Assembly (NCBI GenBank): GCA_050298055.1
Contig: JBNKTL010000005.1
Location: forward strand, 34,149 to 98,148
Reading direction: 5' to 3'
Length of the DNA stretch: 64,000 nucleotides
Origin: Spirochaetota bacterium
Lineage (GTDB): Bacteria; Spirochaetota; UBA4802; UBA5550
Shown here: one piece after another, positions 29,977 through 39,189 of the stretch
Numbering within the stretch: the first letter of the stretch is position 1
Layout: the number at the start of each line of letters is the position of its first letter
The notes under the pieces: model-generated
The model's database searches: none
The model's input: the letters and a program-made list of their open reading frames with translations, nothing else
What the model was told of the DNA's origin: nothing
Translations under genes and position numbers: made by a program

Positions 29977-30465
29977 GTGAAAATAAGAAGTTGTATAATA
30001 GCAGTGATGGCAGTGACCTCGATGGCAGTTTTCGGATGCAAGGATAAAGCTCCGGACGGCAACCAGGGACTTCCCAAGGGTCATCCTGCTCTTGATATGC
30101 AGTCGCATCCCAAAATTGATACAAAATCAGAAATAAAAATTGCTCCGGGATCAATAGAGAAGGCCTCCGGAGGATACACTGTTTCGGAAATCTTTGGGAA
30201 AAAAGCCGCTCTGAACGGCAAGAGCGTAAAGGTCAGGGGGACGGTCACTAAATTCAATGCTAATATTATGAGCAGAAACTGGCTGCATCTGCAGGATGGA
30301 ACCGGTGGTCCCGGTGAAAACGACCTGACGGTCACAACAATCAGCAAGGCCGCAGTAGGCCAGAGAGTCCTCATTGAAGGAAAGCTTACTCTTGATAAGG
30401 ACTTTGGTGCCGGCTATAAGTATCCCGTTATCGTGGAAGGAGCTACCGTCACAGTAGAAAAGTAG
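29977..30465 (+). CDS. putative OB-fold lipoprotein (YgiW/BOF-like), hypothetical
   Basis: GTG start after an AAAGGAG Shine-Dalgarno (ATG-TGA directly precedes it), signal peptide with lipobox AVFGC. The C-terminal domain has the GKSVKVRGTVTKF...WLHLQDGTG...RVLIEGKL pattern reminiscent of BOF/YgiW OB-folds. Confidence 0.4.
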   Translation: MKIRSCIIAVMAVTSMAVFGCKDKAPDGNQGLPKGHPALDMQSHPKIDTKSEIKIAPGSIEKASGGYTVSEIFGKKAALNGKSVKVRGTVTKFNANIMSRNWLHLQDGTGGPGENDLTVTTISKAAVGQRVLIEGKLTLDKDFGAGYKYPVIVEGATVTVEK

Positions 30466-30491
30466 ATGGATATTATGGAACCTGTTTTGGA

Positions 30492-30525
30492 AGGGGAAGG
30501 TTGTTCAGCCTCTCCCCTTTTTTTA
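30492..30525 (+). terminator. Rho-independent terminator
   Basis: AAGGGGAAGG-TTGTTCAGC-CTCTCCCCTT hairpin followed by TTTTTTT, 25 nt after the stop of 29977..30465. Confidence 0.7.
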
Positions 30526-30626
30526 TGAGAGGCTTTCTAAAAGTCATATGAGATATTATTTTGTTTGACTTTTAAATAATATATCATATTCTATACAAAC
30601 TCAGGATTTCATTATTCAATTACGAG

Positions 30627-31073
30627 ATGAAACTTAAACTTAAAAATTTATCAATAGGTAAAATTAACGGAGTCTTAATTACTGCAGTTCTTTCGATCCT
30701 CGTTGTCTGGTCCATTCAGAAAGGAGTCCTGAGTTCAGCAAGCAGTGCGGAAGTGAAGAAACATGCATCGGTTTATTTTCCCGTTAAGTCCCACGATTTT
30801 GGAAAGGTTACCGGCGCTAAAACAGTCAGTCATAAATTTATTTTTTATAACAGGGGAGGAGATATTCTTCTGATAAAGAAGATCACCGCGGGATGAGGAT
30901 GCACTGCTGCTCTTTTAACAGAAAAGAGCATACCTGCCGGGGGCAGAGGAGAACTTAAGATAAGCCTGAATACAAAAGGGCACAGGGGCAGGATTTCAAG
31001 GACTATAAAAGTCTATACCAATGATCCGGAGAAACCTGTGATACGTATCAGTATATCGGCCCTGTCGGGATAA
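30627..31073 (+). CDS. DUF1573-family secreted protein with in-frame UGA at 30894..30896: candidate selenoprotein (Sec at residue 90)
   Basis: Signal peptide, then HDFGKV..G..V.H.F.F.N.G...L.I..I (the conserved DUF1573 N-terminal half). TGA falls where the first Cys of the family's SCGCT motif lies (here AG-U-GCT). The same reading frame continues for 58 more codons with conserved downstream family positions (P.G..GEL.I..NT.G..G.....I.VYTNDP). A 9-bp-stem hairpin (TGCTCTTTT-AACAG-AAAAGAGCA) begins 12 nt after the UGA, which is SECIS-like. selA, selB and selC are in the same window. Confidence 0.55.
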
Positions 31074-31125
31074 TCCAACAAACTGAATTTTAAAATTTCC
31101 CTTGTTATTTATAGGATCAAAGAGA

Positions 31126-31998
31126 ATGGATATACAACTGAAGGGTCCAAAACTCTCCAGGTTTAAAATAAAAACCCTTATCTATTTCAAAGCGCTGGCT
31201 GTCTTTTTGTTGACATTTCTCATTCTTTTTCTGCTCATAAAAGGGATTCGAAGCTTCTCAGAGTATCGAGAGTGGAAACACGCAGTTAAAACTATCCCAG
31301 AAAAAGAGATCAGAAAACTTGAAATGGTAAAGAAACAGTTCAGCTATGAACAGGTGATCCAGACATGGTATGTCCCCCCGTATAAGGAATGGTTGAAACC
31401 GATTAACTGGCTGATCTATTCGGAAAACTGCATATTATGTGGAAAACTCAATGTCATGAAGTTTGTGGGAATGATCCCGGGGGAGTGGACAGTTAAGGAT
31501 TTCAAAAAAAAACTGGAAGGATTTGATTTTGCAAATGAATGGGCACTTCACACGGGAAAGTATCCCATAACTGACAGGATTTTGTCTGATGTAAGCAGAA
31601 GGCTAACCGGGAACAGGTCCATTAAGTACAGGTGGTATTCCATTAAAAACCTGGATGAACTCATTTACCTGGCAAGGAGAGGGCACCATGTCTTTATCTA
31701 TACGCAGGTCTGGCTGGGGCCGTCAAAGAAATACCCGAAAGCAGTAAAGTATCTTGGAAAGAACTATTCACATGCGTGCACAATTACCGGAATTAAATCC
31801 TATGATCCCGTGGAGGATATCATCGAGTTTTCCGTAAATGAGACCCTGCCCGCCACGGAATTCACATACACACCGGTATACAGTAAGCTTAAAAAAAAGG
31901 ATGGATGTAATCTCTTTGACAGACAGAGTGTTCCCTATATAATTCCCTCGGGAGATTTAGCACGATCAGGATATGTTATCAGGGTTGAGGATGAGTAA
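31126..31998 (+). CDS. hypothetical membrane-anchored protein, possibly papain-like (C39-like) peptidase fold
   Basis: N-terminal TM helix. The Cys (ENCILCGKLNVMKFVG)...His (RRGHHVFIYTQVW)...Asp (YDPVEDII) order and spacing resemble C39-like peptidases, but this is weak hand alignment only. The start could be the TTG at 31102. Confidence 0.3.
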   Translation: MDIQLKGPKLSRFKIKTLIYFKALAVFLLTFLILFLLIKGIRSFSEYREWKHAVKTIPEKEIRKLEMVKKQFSYEQVIQTWYVPPYKEWLKPINWLIYSENCILCGKLNVMKFVGMIPGEWTVKDFKKKLEGFDFANEWALHTGKYPITDRILSDVSRRLTGNRSIKYRWYSIKNLDELIYLARRGHHVFIYTQVWLGPSKKYPKAVKYLGKNYSHACTITGIKSYDPVEDIIEFSVNETLPATEFTYTPVYSKLKKKDGCNLFDRQSVPYIIPSGDLARSGYVIRVEDE

Positions 31999-32018
31999 AG
32001 ACCCATAAAGGAGAAGTA

Positions 32019-33569
32019 ATGAGAAATCTGTTAATTATATTTACCGGTGTTATACTCTGTCTTGCTGCCTGCAAGAAAGGAGGAACAACTGCCGGGACTG
32101 CCGATTATAAAGATGCCACAGAAGCGGATCTGCCGCTGACACTAATTACCGAGACAAAGGTCATAAAGGGATATAATGAGAAGTCAACCCCCGATAAATA
32201 TGACAGGGTCGGATATAACAGGTATTATCTCAAGGGCCAGTCCAACAGCAGGATGCCCATACTGATCATCGTATCAGGTTATGTTGTGGATACCACATGG
32301 TTTAACAGGATGGCCAGGGACCTTGTTGCGCGAAAGAATGTTGAGGTCTGGACCATTAACAGGAGGGAGTCCCTCGTAGAGAACAGGGCGGCCCTTGATA
32401 AGGATATTAACGACTTCATGGCACATCCGGGAAAGAGGAAACAGCTTATCAGAAAGATGAACAGAACATCCAACTACCTCAAGGGGAAGGATGAGTATAT
32501 CAGGAACTGGGGCTTCACTGTCTTTATGAATGATATTAAGGCTGTTGTTAACGAAGCAAAAAAACTGAGCCGCAACATATTCCTGGGAGGATGGTCTGAC
32601 GGTGTGGAATACTGCATGATATATGCAAACTACAGGTTCACAAGCGGTTTCGGTTCCGGGGACCTCAGGGGACTGGTTTTCCTGGATGAAAATCCCGAGT
32701 GGGGAAATCTCTCGGGGAAGGAAGAGGAACTTAAGAAAAAGATAGAGAGGCAGATAAAACTAATGGAGGGAGGACATCTCTACATGAACTACTATCCCTC
32801 CCTTGCCGTGCATACCCTTGCCATGGAACTTGCTTCCAGGGCCCCCGGCGGGAAAAGTCCCCTGGCAGAGTATTTTAAACTCCCTGAAGCTGTAATGAAA
32901 TCCGGGATAACCAACCGGGGACTCATCGGATGGCTCTATGATAAGGATGTTACAAATTACGGTAAGAACGTCAGGGGGGGCTTTGCGTATCTTTTAAGAT
33001 CGGGTGACCTTGAGGTTCCTGAAATGCAGGACAATAACGGCCATGAAGAAAAGAGTGAAGAGAAAACTGACGGACCTGATAAAAATGAAAAAAACCCCGG
33101 AAAAGAGAAGAGTGAAAATACCGGCGGTCTCTGCAGGTGGAAATCGTTCAAAGAAACGGGGGAAGTTACGGATATTAACCTGATGATCAGCAGGTACAGG
33201 TCTACGGGAAATTACTGGGAATATTTTTATCCGCGAAAAGTACTCCTGGATTATTTCCAGATGGGCCTGTGTGACTTTGAGTGTCCCGGTTTCAATGTTT
33301 TTGCCAATAAGGAGAACAGTCTGCCTGTTTACTATATTTTAACCGGAACGAACAATGTGGGTAAAGGTATCCCTTCGGGACTGAAATGGTATTTGGAAAA
33401 AAGCAGTATCAAGATTGAACAGGTTGTTTTTAACAGGCTTTATGATTACGCCCATGGGGATATCTATTTCGCAGAGAATGCTCCGGCAAAGATTTACCGG
33501 CCTCTCTATGAGTGGCTGCTAAAAACTTCCGGTCTAAAGAATCCGGATAAAAAAGAGAGGAATAAATAA
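32019..33569 (+). CDS. lipoprotein, putative alpha/beta-hydrolase with low-complexity acidic/Lys-rich insert
   Basis: Lipobox LAAC at the signal peptide. A GGWSDG (GxSxG) nucleophile-elbow-like motif. A KSEEKTDGPDKNEKNPGKEKSEN low-complexity region. Confidence 0.45.
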   Translation: MRNLLIIFTGVILCLAACKKGGTTAGTADYKDATEADLPLTLITETKVIKGYNEKSTPDKYDRVGYNRYYLKGQSNSRMPILIIVSGYVVDTTWFNRMARDLVARKNVEVWTINRRESLVENRAALDKDINDFMAHPGKRKQLIRKMNRTSNYLKGKDEYIRNWGFTVFMNDIKAVVNEAKKLSRNIFLGGWSDGVEYCMIYANYRFTSGFGSGDLRGLVFLDENPEWGNLSGKEEELKKKIERQIKLMEGGHLYMNYYPSLAVHTLAMELASRAPGGKSPLAEYFKLPEAVMKSGITNRGLIGWLYDKDVTNYGKNVRGGFAYLLRSGDLEVPEMQDNNGHEEKSEEKTDGPDKNEKNPGKEKSENTGGLCRWKSFKETGEVTDINLMISRYRSTGNYWEYFYPRKVLLDYFQMGLCDFECPGFNVFANKENSLPVYYILTGTNNVGKGIPSGLKWYLEKSSIKIEQVVFNRLYDYAHGDIYFAENAPAKIYRPLYEWLLKTSGLKNPDKKERNK

Positions 33570-34435
33570 TGACACCTCCTGATCATCTCGTCATTGGATT
33601 TTCCCTGGCCAATGTTTTTTACAGTATACTGATCATACTGAGGAAGCGATGGTTTGGATATTTTTTTCTCCTGCTCCTTTTCGGTATTGTATCGGTCTCC
33701 CCTGATATCGATTCCTTCTTTGGTAACTATACGTCAATAGATCCATGGATCGGACACAGGGGTGTAACGCACTCGCTTATTGGCGTGTTTGTTCTCGGTC
33801 TCGGGCTTACTCTTGTTTTTTCATTTCTTGCCCTGGTTGTCAGGTTGATAGGGGGTTACTGGAGATATCTCGTTCACTTCTTTACAAACAGGACGCCCGG
33901 TGAAAGAAGCGGCTTTATTCTGTGGAAATATCTTCTCGAGCCGTTTTGTTTCAAAAGGCTCCTTCTCCTCTTTGCCGGCACATTTGTTGTGGGATATTCC
34001 CATCTCCTGGTAGATATGGTACAGCCGCCCAGTGTATGGAAGGGTGTCCCCCTCTTTTTCCCTGTAAAGGTTAATGGGGAGTATCTGAGAAGCGGCGGAT
34101 GGAACCTGATTGGCTGGTACGATCTCAAAATATCTCTGGTTCTTATCGCATCTTTTGTGGGCACCATACCGGTTGTATTCCTCGGGAAACTGTTCGACTT
34201 TGCCCGGCTGAAGTATGTGGCCGCACCTCTCCTTGTCCTGGTGATTCTCTTTAACACAGGTGTTTATATCTGGATAGGGAGCTATATATCCTCCAATAAT
34301 TATTCGGGGAATGCCGACTGGTACAGGTATCAGATGAAAATTGTCGATACCTTCCCGTCACCAATAAAAGAAACAACACTGAAAGGGAAAACTATTTTTC
34401 TTACTCTTTTCAGGCAGATGAGGAAAAAGAAGTAA
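33569..34435 (+). CDS. membrane-bound metal-dependent hydrolase (YdjM/DUF457-like)
   Basis: Multi-TM protein with a conserved GHRGVTHSL motif and later His/Asp residues typical of the LexA-regulated YdjM family. The start overlaps the preceding stop. Confidence 0.45.
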   Translation: MTPPDHLVIGFSLANVFYSILIILRKRWFGYFFLLLLFGIVSVSPDIDSFFGNYTSIDPWIGHRGVTHSLIGVFVLGLGLTLVFSFLALVVRLIGGYWRYLVHFFTNRTPGERSGFILWKYLLEPFCFKRLLLLFAGTFVVGYSHLLVDMVQPPSVWKGVPLFFPVKVNGEYLRSGGWNLIGWYDLKISLVLIASFVGTIPVVFLGKLFDFARLKYVAAPLLVLVILFNTGVYIWIGSYISSNNYSGNADWYRYQMKIVDTFPSPIKETTLKGKTIFLTLFRQMRKKK

Positions 34436-35218
34436 TCAGAACCTCAGTTTTACCCCTGTATTAATTATCCCTTTGTTTTCACTTCCCTCTATTCCGACAT
34501 TTTTACCAGCTTCGAGGATATCATTGATTCTGCTTTTATTCTTCAAGTAGCTGTATCCGTAATATCCGGCCGCAGGATAACCGATTGCTGCTGATACGAT
34601 GCATAAAATAACGATAACAGTACTTATCAATCCAAACTGGAGGACCGCATAAAAAAGATATCCGATACCCAGGGAGATTGTGCTGCTTGCAGAGTAAAAC
34701 ATGAAGTTATACCTGTTAGAGAGGATGTTCTCCTTTTCAAAGTATTTATATTTTATGAGGTATTCCGGGGGAAGAAAGTCAACATCTTCTTTTGTTCCGG
34801 TATCGAGCTGGAAACTTCCGGTAATGGGATAGTTCATATAACTGAAATATCGTGAATTAACCGGTTTGTTGTTAAACATTCTCTCAATTGTATAGGTATA
34901 ACCGCTGTTTTCAAGAGTCTGAGGAAGCCGGACGGAATAAAATTCCCCGTAATAGAGTTTCGGTGCTATGATGAATTTCTGGGGAGATGCCTGCCTATTC
35001 TCCTTTTTCTTCAGGGTGATTCTGTATTTTGTCTCTTTCCCATCTTTATATCCGTAAATATCTTTCCATATAAAGGATGGGCGATTGTTGCTAATACTGT
35101 CACAGGGATAAAGCAACGGTTTAACGGGGCTCCTCGATTCTGCATAAATAGAGGAATAGATGAAGATACATGAAACCGTTATAGATGTGTATATTCGATA
35201 TCTTATCATCTGGATCAA
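34436..35218 (-). CDS. hypothetical protein with N-terminal signal and C-terminal TM helices
   Basis: 260-aa ORF; no recognisable family. Confidence 0.35.
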   Translation of the reverse strand: MIQMIRYRIYTSITVSCIFIYSSIYAESRSPVKPLLYPCDSISNNRPSFIWKDIYGYKDGKETKYRITLKKKENRQASPQKFIIAPKLYYGEFYSVRLPQTLENSGYTYTIERMFNNKPVNSRYFSYMNYPITGSFQLDTGTKEDVDFLPPEYLIKYKYFEKENILSNRYNFMFYSASSTISLGIGYLFYAVLQFGLISTVIVILCIVSAAIGYPAAGYYGYSYLKNKSRINDILEAGKNVGIEGSENKGIINTGVKLRF

Positions 35219-35300
35219 ATAAAAGTCGAGCTGGAGTTAGTCTGTTTTAATGAGAGCGATTGTCAAGAGAGTTTTCCGGTTTGGGCCCAGTTATTTGAAA

Positions 35301-35458
35301 GGGTCAGAGCATATAGGAAAAAAGCAGATGCAATTATGTCATCTGGATATATAATTTATCAGAAAAATGCATTATTTTACAATAGATGCTGCTCTGTCCC
35401 CTATATTTTTGTTCTAGAGGGTCAGAGCATAGTTTATTTCACAATTGCTCCTGACCCA
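35301..35458. repeat. cluster of REP-like GGGTCAGAGCA motifs in inverted pairs (35301-35311 / 35390-35400 and 35419-35429 / 35446-35458)
   Basis: Direct reading shows GGGTCAGAGCA forward twice and TGCTCTGTCCC / TGCTCCTGACCCA inverted partners, in the AT-rich divergent region upstream of the radical SAM gene. Confidence 0.6.
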
Positions 35459-35643
35459 TAAATATGATTTATACTAACTTGACAAATTGTGGTATGTATA
35501 AATTTATTGAACAATCCTTATAATCATTTAAAGAAACAACAGAGTAACATTTAGCAAAAGTTAAAGACAGATTGTTTAAGTCTTTTAAAAACAATTGTTG
35601 AAAACAGAATTAATTTTGTTTAACCTTCAAAGGAGTATAGATT

Positions 35644-36705
35644 ATGAAAATGCCGAATATTCCCCGGTTAATTTTCTGGGAACTGACAAAGAGATGCAAC
35701 CTTTCCTGTATACACTGCCGTGCTGAAGCTGAGGATAACGAGTTCTACGGAGAACTTGAATTTGAACAGATAAAAAAAGTCATTGATGATATCTCCGAAG
35801 TTTCCAAACCGATACTTGTTCTCACAGGTGGCGAACCCCTTTATAGAAATGATATATTCGATATTGCTCGCTATGCATCAAGTCGTGATTTTCGTGTTGC
35901 CCTGGCAACTAATGGAACACTTGTAAACGAAGAAACTGCTAAAAAAATTAAGGATGCGGGTATTCTCAGGGCCAGTATCTCCCTGGATGGCTGGGATGCG
36001 GAATCTCATGATAGTTTCAGAGCAGTGGAGGGGAGTTTTGAAAATGCTTTGAAGGGAACTCATTATTTAAAAGATGCCGGTGTTGAATTTCAATTCAATA
36101 CAACTATCACAAAAAGAAATGTAGACCGAATGGAAGATATACTGAAGCTTGCTGAAAAAGAAGGTGCAGCGGCACTACACCTTTTCATGCTTGTGCCTGT
36201 AGGTTGCGGTGTAGAAATTGCCGAAACAGATATGATCTCCAGTGAAAAATATGAGGAGGCACTCAACTGGTTATATAATAAATCGAAAGAAGTTAAGATG
36301 GAATTCAAAGCAACATGCGCGCCTCATTATTACAGAATTATCAGGCAAAGAGCAAAGGGAGAGGGGAGAAAACTCAACTTCGAAGAGGATGGAATGGCTG
36401 CCATGACAAGGGGATGTCTTGCAGGTAGCGGTGTTTGTTTTATCTCTCATAGTGGTGATGTCCAACCATGCGGATATCTCCCAATATCAGCAGGGAATGT
36501 GCTGGAAACGCCATTCGAGAAGATCTGGGAAGAATCGGAGCTTTTCCAGTCACTGAGAGATGTTCACCAGCTTAAGGGTAAATGTGGTGACTGTGAGTAC
36601 AGAATGGCCTGTGGGGGCTGCCGGGCAAGGGCATACTATTCGGAAAAAGATTATCTGGGGGAGGAACCTTACTGTATGTATGAGCCCAGGAAAAGAACCG
36701 ATTAA
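35644..36705 (+). CDS. radical SAM/SPASM-domain protein, NirJ/AhbC/AhbD-like (candidate alternative heme biosynthesis enzyme)
   Basis: PRLIFWELTKRCNLSCIHC (CxxxCxxC with the PRLxxWExT lead typical of NirJ-family proteins), HLFMLVPVGCG, and a C-terminal Cys-rich SPASM region (CGDCEYRMACGGCRARAY). Confidence 0.55.
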   Translation: MKMPNIPRLIFWELTKRCNLSCIHCRAEAEDNEFYGELEFEQIKKVIDDISEVSKPILVLTGGEPLYRNDIFDIARYASSRDFRVALATNGTLVNEETAKKIKDAGILRASISLDGWDAESHDSFRAVEGSFENALKGTHYLKDAGVEFQFNTTITKRNVDRMEDILKLAEKEGAAALHLFMLVPVGCGVEIAETDMISSEKYEEALNWLYNKSKEVKMEFKATCAPHYYRIIRQRAKGEGRKLNFEEDGMAAMTRGCLAGSGVCFISHSGDVQPCGYLPISAGNVLETPFEKIWEESELFQSLRDVHQLKGKCGDCEYRMACGGCRARAYYSEKDYLGEEPYCMYEPRKRTD

Positions 36706-36807
36706 TACGTTATAAAAAAAATCAAAAACAAATGACAAGCTAATAATAGTAATTTAGTGAAAATTATTTATGAGAAGTTTTTATTGTTATCATTACTTTT
36801 CATCATG

Positions 36808-37398
36808 TTAATAAATTATTGATAATCTCTTTCTATAGGCTTCTTCATAATAAAGAAACCTGTTAATTCTTTCTTTAAATGTTGATCCAAGTTGTAGAAA
36901 AAAATCATGTTGTGTTATTTTCAGTGGAGATTTATACGTTTCGTTAAGGTATGAATTTATACTGCCATACCTGTAATTTCTCGGATCTTTAACTATTTTT
37001 TCCCTTACTGCGTCAAAGCCGAGATACCATAAGAACCAAAGAAAGTATATTGCAGGATTTTTTAGAAGTTCAATAACAAGACTTTTGAATCTTTCACTCC
37101 AGAATGCACCTTCTCTATTATTCAATCTATTGTATCTTTCAGCAAATCGTGATTTAATATACTGCATTATTCTGGAAATTGTTTCACCGTCATGAAGAGT
37201 TTTAATAATAAAATGAAAATGGTTGTCGAGTATTTCATATGTAATGAGTTGAAATTTATATTTTTTTAAAGCTTTGTCTATGATAGAAATCATTAGATCT
37301 TTATAAAAGTCACTTTCCATCATATTTCTGCTCTCAATACACCGTGATGTAACATGATAAGTCATGCCTGGTTCACAAATTCTTAAAGGTCTTGGCAT
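36808..37398 (-). CDS. HUH (Y1) transposase-like protein, IS200-like / REP-associated tyrosine transposase (RAYT)-like; possibly catalytically degenerate
   Basis: RPLRI.EPGMTYHVTSRCIESR N-terminal block, DNHFHFII HuH motif, and ISRIMQYIKSRFAERYN...AFWSERF block. In my hand alignment the WxRNYYEH tyrosine position reads F (FWSERFKS). GGGTCAGAGCA REP-like inverted pair immediately 5' of the gene. Confidence 0.5.
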   Translation of the reverse strand: MPRPLRICEPGMTYHVTSRCIESRNMMESDFYKDLMISIIDKALKKYKFQLITYEILDNHFHFIIKTLHDGETISRIMQYIKSRFAERYNRLNNREGAFWSERFKSLVIELLKNPAIYFLWFLWYLGFDAVREKIVKDPRNYRYGSINSYLNETYKSPLKITQHDFFLQLGSTFKERINRFLYYEEAYRKRLSIIY

Positions 37399-37465
37399 GG
37401 GATTCTCCTTTGTTGTTGTTTATATTAATACGATTGAAGTTGTGATTATTTAAAAAAAATTTTTC

Positions 37466-37566
37466 GAAATAAGAAAAAAATAGGGTCAGAGCAATAATTT
37501 ATTCTTCAAAATAGTGGTTCTGCCCCTTGGTTTCCCAAAAATAATGCTCTGACCCTATTTCTTATG
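37466..37566. repeat. REP-like inverted pair (ATAAGAAA...TAGGGTCAGAGCA ... TGCTCTGACCCTATTTCTTAT), REPIN-like
   Basis: About 21-bp arms (37466-37493 and 37545-37566) separated by ~50 bp, directly upstream of the HUH transposase-like gene. Confidence 0.65.
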
Positions 37567-37595
37567 GATTATAAAAAATTAGTTTAATATACTTG

Positions 37596-37625
37596 TTGAC
37601 AATTAAAAAAAAATGTTAATATAAT
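37596..37625 (+). promoter_or_regulatory. sigma70-like promoter TTGACA-N18-TATAAT
   Basis: TTGACA at 37596..37601 and TATAAT at 37620..37625. The RBS AGGAG lies 8 nt before the ATG at 37676. Confidence 0.5.
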
Positions 37626-37675
37626 TAGATAGCAATATACCTTCTTATGCGGACTGCAATATACAGGAGCTGCTT

Positions 37676-39178
37676 ATGAAAGAGAACCTCGCGTCTGGAA
37701 AGTGGCACTATTTCACTGCTATAACTCTGTTGTTGATATTTATAATTGTCCTTTTTATTAAAAAAGGGGTCAGAGCAATGGATTATGGCGGAAGAATTGA
37801 TACCCAATATCAGTACAGAACCGGTGATGATGAAGCTGACCAGGATGTCTACCAGTTCCATGCTTTTGAACTTAGCTTTTCGAAAGATCTCAGCTTTGAA
37901 TGGAACGGCGGTTTGAGATACGATATTGACGGTAAAAACACTTCCGCATCGGGTCTTGATGATGCGTCTGATGTTGCCTTAAGGGGACTCCCGGATGCGG
38001 TTAATGAGGAGATGAATTTGGAGTACAGAATATACTCCGCGTTTGTTAAATATAAAACCGCTTTGTTTAGCACCCAAATCGGCAGATCATTTCTCTGGGA
38101 TTATGAGTTTTCCCACTTTGACGGTGCAATGATCTGGTTGAAGCCTCTTGACTGGATTACTATTGAAGGTTTTGTGGGAAAGCCATGGCATTACGCTTAC
38201 TATAATGATTACTCAAAGTACTGGGACGAGTCAGAATCTATCGGAGGTGGCGGAGTGATCTTTAAATTTCGCAAACAGAAACTTGATTTTGCACTCAGGT
38301 ATCTGAACCTCCGGGAACTTACCGAGAAAACAACAGAAACAGGTGAGGCTTCAGATACCTTTCTGTCAAATGACAACCTGACCCGTGCCGCCCTTTCTTA
38401 TACGCCGTTGCGGATTATAAGGGCCGATATATCCGCCTCCTTCATTGACAATGAGGGAAGAAATATCGATGCCGGTTTAAGCGGGTACAGCAGCGAATAT
38501 TTATTCACCTACAGGGTGAATTACTACAGGCAATTCATGGATATAGAATATTACGGAAGCAGATTGTCTCAATATTCCTCCTTTCTTACTGCTAACCATC
38601 CCTATCATAAAGCTTCGGTATATATCACAAAAAGCCTGGCAGATATATTCGGATTTATTGGGCCTGTCTCCGATATGGAGATCGAGGCAGGATATGAATA
38701 CAGGGGGCCTGTTGATCTGGATGAGCGGGATTCCTTTAATCCCGAGTATCAACTTATAAGGGGAGGTCTCATTGCTGCGATAAATGAAAAATATTATCTC
38801 AATATTTTCTCTGAGACCATTATTACAACAGGTGACCGTAACGATACACGGACTTTTGGCGGTGAAATATCCAGAAAATGGAAGACATTGATTATAAAAC
38901 TTGGCTCTGCTTATTTTGTCCATAAATACGAACAGAACTATTCGGATACCCTGATAAAGGACAGCTTCTATGCCAGGGAATACTATTTCAATGTGAAGTG
39001 GATGCCGATAAAATCGCTGGATGTTTCCCTCAAGGCCACTTATGAACAGGCCGAGCTTTCATCCCTGACAGATACTTCGAAGCAGAACCAGGATGTCGTT
39101 TCGGAGCCAATAACAGAGATCATAACCGAGCCCAGGGATTACATGAAGGTTAAACTCAAAGTCGGTTATATGTTTTAA
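37676..39178 (+). CDS. putative outer-membrane beta-barrel (porin-like) protein
   Basis: Signal-peptide-like N-terminus (hydrophobic stretch then VRA). It is Tyr/Gly/Asp-rich with alternating amphipathic strands and a C-terminal ...LKVGYMF aromatic terminus. A GGGTCAGAGCA motif is embedded at 37767..37777 within the signal-peptide coding region. Confidence 0.5.
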   Translation: MKENLASGKWHYFTAITLLLIFIIVLFIKKGVRAMDYGGRIDTQYQYRTGDDEADQDVYQFHAFELSFSKDLSFEWNGGLRYDIDGKNTSASGLDDASDVALRGLPDAVNEEMNLEYRIYSAFVKYKTALFSTQIGRSFLWDYEFSHFDGAMIWLKPLDWITIEGFVGKPWHYAYYNDYSKYWDESESIGGGGVIFKFRKQKLDFALRYLNLRELTEKTTETGEASDTFLSNDNLTRAALSYTPLRIIRADISASFIDNEGRNIDAGLSGYSSEYLFTYRVNYYRQFMDIEYYGSRLSQYSSFLTANHPYHKASVYITKSLADIFGFIGPVSDMEIEAGYEYRGPVDLDERDSFNPEYQLIRGGLIAAINEKYYLNIFSETIITTGDRNDTRTFGGEISRKWKTLIIKLGSAYFVHKYEQNYSDTLIKDSFYAREYYFNVKWMPIKSLDVSLKATYEQAELSSLTDTSKQNQDVVSEPITEIITEPRDYMKVKLKVGYMF

Positions 39179-39189
39179 AGGAGGGTCTT

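Noticed and set aside
30894-30896. Reading the TGA codons at 30894 and 61207 as genuine stops (truncated or pseudogenised DUF1573 and mvhD)
   Set aside because: Both TGAs fall exactly on conserved Cys positions, downstream frames remain open with family-like sequence, hairpins follow at SECIS-like spacing, and selA/selB/tRNA-Sec are present. Pseudogene status remains the alternative if checks fail.
31102-31125. TTG start at 31102 for the hypothetical gene
   Set aside because: The ATG at 31126 gives the same protein minus 8 residues and avoids a rare start codon. Either is possible.
35336-35476. 46-aa ORF spanning the REP-like repeats upstream of the radical SAM gene (considered as a possible RiPP precursor)
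   Set aside because: No Shine-Dalgarno, and its sequence is dictated by the repeat motifs (…RCCSVPYIFVLEGQSIV…). It is most likely a by-product of repeats.
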